A DNA stretch of 54,096 nucleotides from an uncultured virus (IMG/VR IMGVR_UViG_3300022923_001281) (taxonomy: Duplodnaviria; Heunggongvirae; Uroviricota; Caudoviricetes), in IMG/VR virus record IMGVR_UViG_3300022923_001281; one strand, given 5' to 3'. The notes beneath the pieces are model-generated. The model saw nothing but the letters and a program-made list of their open reading frames with translations. It had not been told where the DNA came from and searched no databases. How positions within the stretch are numbered: position 1 is the stretch's first letter; each line of letters begins with the position of its first letter. Of this stretch, positions 46,820 through 54,096 are shown in pieces. The position numbers and the translations under genes were made by a program.

Positions 46820-47522
46820 AGTTCAAACTCAATCCTAATTTATAACTTGCGCCTACTTTTTGTATCTTTTCCGCAAAATGAATTCTTGAACTATCAAATA
46901 TTATAACATTTCCTGGTTTCCATTCATTTTCTTTTTCTACACTTATTCCTTTCAATGTACTATAAGGAACATACTCAGGTTCATCGATATGATTGTTATA
47001 CCATGTTTTTGTAATACCATCTTTAAGATACTTTACGCCATCGCTTTTGTAATCGTAACTAAAATGGACGCCGTTTGCTTTTTGTCGCTGTGTTTCTTCA
47101 TCAACATCAAATTCTTCACAACCTGCCCTAAATCTTGTAGTAGGTCCATAAAAATATTGTTCAGCAGTATACAGCATAGGATATGTATCTGTATCAATTT
47201 CTAATGGTATAACAACACTTTTATATCCTTTAATACCGTCTTTAAGATTTGGACAATCAATATGAACATCATGTGGTGGATGATTAATTAGAAAAGCAGT
47301 ATCACCAATTAAAAAACACTCTTCGGGTAATAAGTGTTCTATATATTGTTTGCTAAATTTTTGTATTTCTTCTAACTTATGAATGTTTCCTTTACGATAC
47401 CAAAAAATACCATCAGGTAGTATATCAGGAGCGCCAATATATTTCCTTGCCACAGTACTTAGATGTGCTCTAATAAGCATACCTAAATAATTATTGTACA
47501 CTACTGTTTCTTCTTCACGCAT
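46806..47522 (-). CDS. Fe/2OG oxygenase-like protein
   Basis: VHID...VIPL...WKPGNVIIFDSSRIH. Confidence 0.65.
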   Translation of the reverse strand: MREEETVVYNNYLGMLIRAHLSTVARKYIGAPDILPDGIFWYRKGNIHKLEEIQKFSKQYIEHLLPEECFLIGDTAFLINHPPHDVHIDCPNLKDGIKGYKSVVIPLEIDTDTYPMLYTAEQYFYGPTTRFRAGCEEFDVDEETQRQKANGVHFSYDYKSDGVKYLKDGITKTWYNNHIDEPEYVPYSTLKGISVEKENEWKPGNVIIFDSSRIHFAEKIQKVGASYKLGLSLNYATL

Positions 47523-48630
47523 ATTTTCTCTTTGGAATTTTACTATCAGCACTGCTTACACAACTATTAGTTATACACGGAGCAGGCTTATTAAATAGCT
47601 GGAATCCTGTTTCTATGTTTCCTAACGGCACATCGTGACAACTATAACTGCGTTTAATACTACCATCTGGTTCTCGAATAATTATACCTTGATAGCCAGC
47701 ATTACAATGCCAACCTTTGAACTTATTAAAGTTAAACGCATTGAATCTTTCGGCTTGGTCCATATACCAAGTTTTTCCAGTTTTGTCCTTAAACTCAACC
47801 TGCATATGCCAAGGCACACTGGTATCGTTTTTGCCATTTACTCCTGTTGGTATTTGGAAGTTAGGTTTTGGGCGATCTTCCCATTTCCTTTTGCTTTCTG
47901 TATAAGCTCGCTGTGGCATTCCGTTCCATAGTCTCTTGAGCATTTCGTCTGTATATCCATCAACTACTCTTGAGGCAGTTGGATCAGACTGAGGCTTAAG
48001 AGTGACGTTGATACCTTGTTCGTGGAAGAAGAGAGAATTTTCCCAATCTCTTTCAAACCAATCAGGAACCATAACCATATTAATTGTGACTTGGACATCA
48101 TGTTCTTGACACAGAATCAACTTATCTGCAAAATCTTGCATCTTCTCCGTAGTATCTAAATGTTCAGTGTGTAGGCTTGCTGTAATGCTTGCTCTATGAA
48201 ATGGTTTTACACGCTCTACATACTGTTCAAACCATTTCATAGGACGACTACAGTTTGATGTCATGTGTACACTGGTGTAATTTGTGTTCTCTACATCGTC
48301 AGCGAGATGATGTAAAATATCCAAGTAACCAGGATGGAAAGTAGGCTCACCACCACTAAGGCTAAAATGAAAGCTATTAAATCCGTTTTCACGTGCTTGC
48401 CTCTTTATCTCATCGATTGTAAGAAGACAGAGCTCTGTTGGCCTGTGATCTTTACGATCTGATCTGGCGTATGGCCAGCAATAACTACAACGATAGTTAC
48501 AAAAGCGGCCAAGAAGCCAACTGACAGTAAAAATATCTCTGTATAGAAGAGTCCTTTGTCCGACTTCAACAATGTCATCAAACGGTATTTTAGTGAAGTC
48601 ATAATTACTCCATTTTAAATCATCAGTCAT
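47515..48630 (-). CDS. radical SAM enzyme with C-terminal Cys cluster
   Basis: CNYRCSYC, SGGEPT, TSN and C-terminal C..G...C...C...C. Confidence 0.9.
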   Translation of the reverse strand: MTDDLKWSNYDFTKIPFDDIVEVGQRTLLYRDIFTVSWLLGRFCNYRCSYCWPYARSDRKDHRPTELCLLTIDEIKRQARENGFNSFHFSLSGGEPTFHPGYLDILHHLADDVENTNYTSVHMTSNCSRPMKWFEQYVERVKPFHRASITASLHTEHLDTTEKMQDFADKLILCQEHDVQVTINMVMVPDWFERDWENSLFFHEQGINVTLKPQSDPTASRVVDGYTDEMLKRLWNGMPQRAYTESKRKWEDRPKPNFQIPTGVNGKNDTSVPWHMQVEFKDKTGKTWYMDQAERFNAFNFNKFKGWHCNAGYQGIIIREPDGSIKRSYSCHDVPLGNIETGFQLFNKPAPCITNSCVSSADSKIPKRKYA

Positions 48631-48636
48631 GTTATT

Positions 48637-48665
48637 ATTATATAACCTTTTTTATTGTTTGTCAA
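48637..48665 (-). promoter_or_regulatory. consensus sigma70 promoter, probably leaderless transcript
   Basis: TTGACA-17-TATAAT on the minus strand, with the ATG 6 nt after the -10. Confidence 0.85.
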
Positions 48666-48688
48666 TGTATATCGTGAATAAATATTTC

Positions 48689-49285
48689 ATGTATAAAAGA
48701 CTTGTAGTATTTGGCTGTAGTTTTACTAGAGGCACAGCATTAGACGATGTTTGGGATTTTAAAAATAATAAAAGTATATATACTCATCCTAGTAAATACG
48801 CATGGCCACAATTATTAGCAAATAATCTAAATTTAGAATGCTTAAACTTTGGCAAAGGTGGACTAAGCAACAAAGCAATATGGCATAATGCTGTAAATTT
48901 TAAATTTCAACAATCTGATCTTATTATTATACATTGGTCTTTTTTAGACAGATATCATTTTTTTGAAAATAAAAATAAAGGCTTTATGTTAGATCATCGT
49001 AGCAAAGACAAAAGAGATAAAGCATTCTTTAAATATTTACATAGTGACTATGATATGCTTAGTGATTTATATTTACGTATGAATCATGTTAACACATTAC
49101 ATAATAATATACACCACATATTAATTGATCCTATAGATAATGTTTCTTGGAATAAGGTAACCCCAATTAATATGTATTTAAACGAATACAAAATAAAATA
49201 CCCGAGAGCTAATGATAATAGCCACCCGGGTATGTTAGCTCATCAAGAGTTTTCTAAGCAGCTACATCAAATTCTAAAGTATTAA
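48689..49285 (+). CDS. SGNH-hydrolase-like protein
   Basis: VFGCSFTRG, NFGKGGLSN, WS...R and DNSHPG..AH. Confidence 0.65.
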   Translation: MYKRLVVFGCSFTRGTALDDVWDFKNNKSIYTHPSKYAWPQLLANNLNLECLNFGKGGLSNKAIWHNAVNFKFQQSDLIIIHWSFLDRYHFFENKNKGFMLDHRSKDKRDKAFFKYLHSDYDMLSDLYLRMNHVNTLHNNIHHILIDPIDNVSWNKVTPINMYLNEYKIKYPRANDNSHPGMLAHQEFSKQLHQILKY

Positions 49286-50282
49286 CTATACCTTTTGGTT
49301 TATATTTTCTATGGTCTCCTTTTTGTTGATCTCCTTGACCAACACACAAGAAAATAAAAGGCTTCCATTCCCATCCAGTTGGCATATCTTCAGATGTTTT
49401 CATGTTTACTACATCTAACGCTTTTGGGTTAAACGCTTTTAAACAACAACTATTGAGTCCTAGTTCTTCGACTGTGCAAATTACATTCCACATATTTGTA
49501 CCAAGCGCAATAAATGTAGCATCTCTGCTGGTAGGAAATTCACTAGTAGTCCAATGTACTGGATCTTCATTTATAGGTGTTGGTATGCTAAATGCTAAAA
49601 CAAGAGGAGCATCGAACTGTGTATTGAAACAAACTCCTGCCTTCTTCCATTCTTCTATTGAATGTGTAGTATGATCTTTTTCAAAAGCATCTTTAACTTC
49701 TGCTGGACACCCATCAAAGTAACTGTGCATATGAGGCCACATTGCTTGTTTTACATTTTCAGGAACAACATCTACTCTGTAATGATAGTTGTTTGCTAAA
49801 CTAGGAGTAAGCCCGTTTGCGGCATTTAGAATTTTATTTAATTTTACATTATCAATAGGTGTATCTTTAAATGTAGTATAGCTTGCTCTATTTAATACTA
49901 AATTTTCTAAAAAACTTTGTGTTGCTTCATAAGATTCTTCTTTAAATACATCTTTCCAAATATTAAACAAATTAACAATATGTGATTTTTCTAAATTGTT
50001 TAAATTTTTTGATCCATAAAAATCTAATATTTGTTCATGTATCCATAATTCAGTTTCAACAGTAATATTTTTTGTTTGTCTTCTATTACCAGCATAATGT
50101 TGACTTATTAACATTTTAGTATGTCTGTCTGTACCTTCAGACAAATCTAGGTCGTATGCTTCAACTATTAAATCTATATTTTTATCACAATAAGAAAGTA
50201 AATCTTTTGTCTTGTTAGGATAAAGCGTATGATTAGGAAATTTTTCTAACACTTTCTCTTTTACAGATTCTAGTATAATCAT
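49254..50282 (-). CDS. protein with C-terminal nitroreductase-fold domain
   Basis: RASYTTFKD...TPSLANN...ALG.NMWN...EELGLNSC. Confidence 0.7.
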   Translation of the reverse strand: MIILESVKEKVLEKFPNHTLYPNKTKDLLSYCDKNIDLIVEAYDLDLSEGTDRHTKMLISQHYAGNRRQTKNITVETELWIHEQILDFYGSKNLNNLEKSHIVNLFNIWKDVFKEESYEATQSFLENLVLNRASYTTFKDTPIDNVKLNKILNAANGLTPSLANNYHYRVDVVPENVKQAMWPHMHSYFDGCPAEVKDAFEKDHTTHSIEEWKKAGVCFNTQFDAPLVLAFSIPTPINEDPVHWTTSEFPTSRDATFIALGTNMWNVICTVEELGLNSCCLKAFNPKALDVVNMKTSEDMPTGWEWKPFIFLCVGQGDQQKGDHRKYKPKGIVNTLEFDVAA

Positions 50283-50283
50283 C

Positions 50284-51009
50284 TTAACTCCTTATGTTAC
50301 TTGTATATTTATCATAAAGTTTCTTAACTGCTTGTTGGAAATAACATCCATTATAATGCGTTCCGTCTCTAGATATGTATTTTGGATGCCCGCTGTTATT
50401 AACAATATTATCCACATTGTATTCTATAATAGGACATATATTTGTCCACTGACTAGATATTACTTTACTAATATTATCGTCTAAATAATTTATATATTCG
50501 TCACTGATATAAAATTTTTTGTATGCTTTATCGCTTACAGTAAGAGGAATTAACTCGCCGTTGTAATCAAACCACCGAGATACATAAGTTCTTTGAAAAA
50601 ATACTGCTTTTGGCTTTATATTGTTTTTAATTAATTCGCTACTGTTAAACATTGAAAAAGCATTGTTGCCTCCAGGAATGCCTAAATTTATACAATAACT
50701 ATCTAAATATTTTTCCATTAGTTTAGGAATAGTTTCATCTATACTAACACCAATTCCTACTGTGTGACTACAACCTAAGAATATATAACTGTTATTCCAA
50801 TCAAGTTGATTCCACTCTTTTTCTCTGTATCCTTGACTATTTAGAGTGTAGGATATATCTTTACGAGATGTTTCTTTTTTATAATATTGGCTTTTATATT
50901 GATTTTTGTGTGTCCAGTGTTTTTTCCAAAACTTTGGATCATCGCTTTCTGAGTACTCAATATGTTTTGGATATCCTTCTCTACCAAATCTAATATCAAG
51001 AAGTTCCAT
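50284..51009 (-). CDS. SGNH-hydrolase-like protein
   Basis: NSQGYR, FLGCSHTVGIG, NLGIPGG and RDGTHY. Confidence 0.65.
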   Translation of the reverse strand: MELLDIRFGREGYPKHIEYSESDDPKFWKKHWTHKNQYKSQYYKKETSRKDISYTLNSQGYREKEWNQLDWNNSYIFLGCSHTVGIGVSIDETIPKLMEKYLDSYCINLGIPGGNNAFSMFNSSELIKNNIKPKAVFFQRTYVSRWFDYNGELIPLTVSDKAYKKFYISDEYINYLDDNISKVISSQWTNICPIIEYNVDNIVNNSGHPKYISRDGTHYNGCYFQQAVKKLYDKYTSNIRS

Positions 51010-52192
51010 ATTTTCCTAATTCCATTTCTTTAAAACTGTGTTGCCAATTTATATTCCTAGCAGCATCTAAGTCATTTAGATAGTTTATAAATGTTGACCC
51101 GTGTTGTTTCCACAATGGCTTCTCTAGCATATGATTTACGTAAAAAGGAACTTTGTTGCTGTATTCACCAAAGTCGTATGCGTTGATACGTTCAGCAACG
51201 TTGTCTTTGATTGGTTGTGGCAACACTTGCGCACTCATGTGTACAGGCCATTCTACATGATTAGCAAATATAAATTTAATATTTGGAAAATGTTTACGCA
51301 TATAATCATATGTATCAACTAAGTAAAACATGCTAACATTGCTACAAGTCCACTGTACGCCTATATCTAGGTGCTCGTTGTCTTTGGCATACTGTTCCAT
51401 TAGTTCTAGTTTTTTAACAAAACTATCCCACTTGATAGGAAACCTAAAATACTCTCCAGGTTCTTGTATCGCATCAAGACTAAGTCTAATAATTACATCT
51501 TTGAAACTAACAAGCTGATCAAATATTTTTCTAGTGAGCAGAGTACCGTTGCTTACATATGTAAGTGTTATATCTTTGGCAGCGTCAGTAAACGCAACTT
51601 CTTTTATAAAACGATTGTGTTGTTTGTTGGCAAATGGCTCACCACCTAAGAAGTTAAAACGTTTTGTATGCTGTAAATTTTCTTTAATATTGTCCCAAAT
51701 GAAACTGTCTTGCTCAATCCATTTGTTGTCAATGTTGTAGTACTCTGTGTTAGGATACTTGTCTAACATGCCTTTGTCTTCGTTCCATTTTGAACTAGCA
51801 CCTGTGCCGCAATGAATACATTTTAAATTACAAATAGTTCCTACACGTATATCAATATTGCTTGGATAATAAGGAACGCTGCCATCTTCTGCTGTTTGTT
51901 CTATGAGATGTGCGTTGTTATCGTAATGATATTTGTTTTCCTCCAAGCGTTTGCTACGACCGTTGAGTTCTTCAACATACTTACAGCGTTTACAATTTTC
52001 TGGCCAACGTCCTGCTACAAACTCTTTGCGTATGTGTTTGAAGTAATCATTGTTCCATTCGTCACTTATGGTGCTGCCTTTGAGTTTTACATCGGCTGCT
52101 TTCACAGTTGCTTGATCAGCATAGCCACAGGTACGTGGTCTGCCAAAAGTGTTTGTGCTAAAGTTAATCCAGGGTAATATACAAGGTTTCAT
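50996..52192 (-). CDS. radical SAM enzyme with N-terminal twitch/SPASM-like cluster
   Basis: CILPW...C...CKRC, CNLKCIHC, GGEPF, SNGT and SLD. Confidence 0.9.
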   Translation of the reverse strand: MKPCILPWINFSTNTFGRPRTCGYADQATVKAADVKLKGSTISDEWNNDYFKHIRKEFVAGRWPENCKRCKYVEELNGRSKRLEENKYHYDNNAHLIEQTAEDGSVPYYPSNIDIRVGTICNLKCIHCGTGASSKWNEDKGMLDKYPNTEYYNIDNKWIEQDSFIWDNIKENLQHTKRFNFLGGEPFANKQHNRFIKEVAFTDAAKDITLTYVSNGTLLTRKIFDQLVSFKDVIIRLSLDAIQEPGEYFRFPIKWDSFVKKLELMEQYAKDNEHLDIGVQWTCSNVSMFYLVDTYDYMRKHFPNIKFIFANHVEWPVHMSAQVLPQPIKDNVAERINAYDFGEYSNKVPFYVNHMLEKPLWKQHGSTFINYLNDLDAARNINWQHSFKEMELGKYGTS

Positions 52193-53172
52193 ACAAGCCT
52201 GCCAAATGCATATGCCCTCTCTAAACAAAACCAACAATGACCACAATGACTGTATTCTTGCCTAGGAATGCCTGCTTCATATGATATACCTAATTTTGTT
52301 TTTTCTTCAGGTTTTTCGTTCTCACAACTATAAGTTAAAGGTAACAGATCATCTAGCACACCCATTTCTTTATACATAGCAGCAGTACCATGTCGTTTGT
52401 CTTTGTGTACAAATGGTAATATTCCTAGTACAGGCAAACCATATAAAGGTCCTTTATTAGGAAATCCATAACCGATTGCTTCTTTACTGGAATTATTGTC
52501 TCTATCCGGATCTCTAATTTTTGCTTGGGCAAGACAGTCTTCAAAGCTATCAAAGTTCATTCCTTCAACATTATAACCTTCTTTTGCCATTAATTCTGCA
52601 TCAGGATTTTCTGTTAGTCCGCCATAGTAAACATTAGCCAATCCATCAGCTAAAACATTTGCCAATATTTTATCTTGAGCTTTTTCGTAGTCAGGCACAG
52701 TCCAAGGCAAAGGAAGTTTTTCTACTCTATGAACAACAGGCATAATACCTGTACGATCTCGTGTAAAGTGCATAACTTTTTTAGCATAGTGACTGTACCA
52801 ATCTTTGGTTTCAGGATCTAATGTTACAACATATAACGGATAATCTAAACCTCTTTCTGCAAGTTCTTTACAAAGTCTGTAATAAACAATACTACTGTCT
52901 GCTCCTCCAGATAGCTTGACTACAATGCCTTTTACAGGAAAATTGTCCAATGGTTCTGTAATGTATTTTCCATAATTCCAAGTTTTTTGTTTATACAACC
53001 TATCAAGATATTCGCCACCGTACTCACAATTCCAGCCGTTGTCTTCTGCTTCTTGTCTTATAATTGTTTTCTGTTTGTCCGGTATCGCCAACGGATAAGT
53101 TTTTACCACTTTGTCGGTGTCTTTGTCTGTAAACACAAAATTATGAAAATACATATTATAAGGTTCGCTCAT
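52189..53172 (-). CDS. QueC-like PP-loop ATP pyrophosphatase
   Basis: LSGGADS PP-loop and TYSC...CGHCWFCLER Zn site. QueC substrate motifs not evident. Confidence 0.75.
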   Translation of the reverse strand: MSEPYNMYFHNFVFTDKDTDKVVKTYPLAIPDKQKTIIRQEAEDNGWNCEYGGEYLDRLYKQKTWNYGKYITEPLDNFPVKGIVVKLSGGADSSIVYYRLCKELAERGLDYPLYVVTLDPETKDWYSHYAKKVMHFTRDRTGIMPVVHRVEKLPLPWTVPDYEKAQDKILANVLADGLANVYYGGLTENPDAELMAKEGYNVEGMNFDSFEDCLAQAKIRDPDRDNNSSKEAIGYGFPNKGPLYGLPVLGILPFVHKDKRHGTAAMYKEMGVLDDLLPLTYSCENEKPEEKTKLGISYEAGIPRQEYSHCGHCWFCLERAYAFGRLV

Positions 53173-53202
53173 ACAGTTCTCCTGTTCATATTAATAATTA
53201 TC

Positions 53203-53223
53203 TGCGTATATAACTTATAAGTA
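53203..53223. promoter_or_regulatory. TGCGTATATAACT element and TATAAGTA box in a divergent intergenic region
   Basis: 13-bp exact match to 24679..24691. Confidence 0.5.
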
Positions 53224-53228
53224 CAAAT

Positions 53229-54071
53229 ATGAGAGACAGCGTAAAAAGAGAATACAACGAACAGTGGCTACAGCAAGATAGACCGCAGCCTATGTACAGC
53301 AGCAATATAAACAAATTTTATGACGAATTTTATCAACACAATCCTGTACATACGCACGATCTAGACCAGCAGTTTAAAGATACTTTTGTAAAATGGCTAG
53401 ACGCTCACAAGTATAGTAGTTTTATGGGCTTGGGTGCGTTCAAGCACAAAGATATTATTAATGGCTGTACACAGTTTATAGATGACTTGTATCAACGCTG
53501 CGGCACATTACAAACATTTGAAAACGATTACAAGTACCATTGGCGTTTGAACAACGACATAGTGTATGCTACCACGGATACACTCGATCCAAACAAAGAA
53601 TTACTGATCAGCATGCCGTTTCCATTCTATGGAGATGTACATCCTGAAATGGACGAAATATTAGATACGGCATACAAACAAAATATTCCAGTACACATTG
53701 ACGGAGCATGGATCAGTTGTATTAGAGATATTGAGTTTGACTTTGATCATCCTGCGATACAAACTGTGGGTATTAGTTTAAGCAAAGGTGGCATGGGCGG
53801 TAATCGTATTGGATTGAGATTTGCTAGGAGGAGACCCGAAGGTGCTGTGACTATCATGAATGACTTTAACATGAACAGCCAAGCATTGGTTAGCATGGGT
53901 ATTAAGTTTATGGAAGAACTAGGTCCTGAATATTTTTGGACACAATACAAAGTTCATTATGCCAAAGTGTGCGAAGATTTCGATCTACAACCTACAAAAG
54001 CAATACACTTGGCCAGCAAAGACGGCAAGCCTGTCGGTGTTAGACCCTTGCTAAGATGTCTTCAAAAATAG
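53229..54071 (+). CDS. short fold-type-I PLP-dependent enzyme
   Basis: NGCTQFI, VHIDGAW and ISLSKG...RIGLRF. Confidence 0.78.
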   Translation: MRDSVKREYNEQWLQQDRPQPMYSSNINKFYDEFYQHNPVHTHDLDQQFKDTFVKWLDAHKYSSFMGLGAFKHKDIINGCTQFIDDLYQRCGTLQTFENDYKYHWRLNNDIVYATTDTLDPNKELLISMPFPFYGDVHPEMDEILDTAYKQNIPVHIDGAWISCIRDIEFDFDHPAIQTVGISLSKGGMGGNRIGLRFARRRPEGAVTIMNDFNMNSQALVSMGIKFMEELGPEYFWTQYKVHYAKVCEDFDLQPTKAIHLASKDGKPVGVRPLLRCLQK

Positions 54072-54096
54072 GATCTAAGTCGTATATACTTGTTCC

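Noticed and set aside
259..53950. Many 60-150-aa antisense ORFs in the track
   Set aside because: They lie opposite well-supported genes and show no motifs or expression signals.
1..54096. Stop-codon reassignment, tRNA genes or CRISPR array
   Set aside because: Genes are full length in the standard code and TAA, TAG and TGA all terminate ORFs. Intergenic gaps are short, and I saw no cloverleaf or repeat-spacer pattern by eye. tRNAscan-SE/Infernal would confirm.

Overview
A gene-dense, AT-rich segment of a large tailed dsDNA phage genome (T4-like/jumbo-type, standard genetic code). No tRNA, rRNA, CRISPR array, integrase or transposase was seen. The core genes are a family B DNA polymerase, a probable sliding clamp, a T4 RNase H-like 5'-3' exonuclease, a DsbA/GapR-like DNA-binding protein, a MoxR-like AAA+/vWA-metallopeptidase pair, a fibre-like virion protein and a multidomain subtilase. 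Three kinds of chemistry sit on top of this core. (1) A 7-deazaguanine DNA-modification set: TGT/DpdA, a T-fold protein with LxxxHRHxF (DpdL-like), FolE and an atypical QueE. DpdA follows the clamp gene, ends in the same FxxLFE motif as the polymerase, and shares a tight gene run with a GT-B glycosyltransferase and GalE. This is the best candidate for an undescribed clamp-coupled, possibly glycosylated, deazaguanine base. (2) An overlapping radical SAM / Fe-2OG oxygenase / PLP enzyme / amidinotransferase / GT-like operon that resembles a guanidino-building pathway. (3) A ~19 kb island (34.8-54.1 kb) of tailoring enzymes with no scaffold synthase or precursor peptide. Across the window there are 11 Fe/2OG-like oxygenases, 5 radical SAM enzymes and 3 short PLP enzymes. 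Regulation is readable: near-consensus sigma70 promoters often built on the upstream TGA stop, two probable leaderless transcripts, a twin promoter motif and T4-late-like ATAAATA boxes. All family calls come from motif recognition by eye, not database searches.
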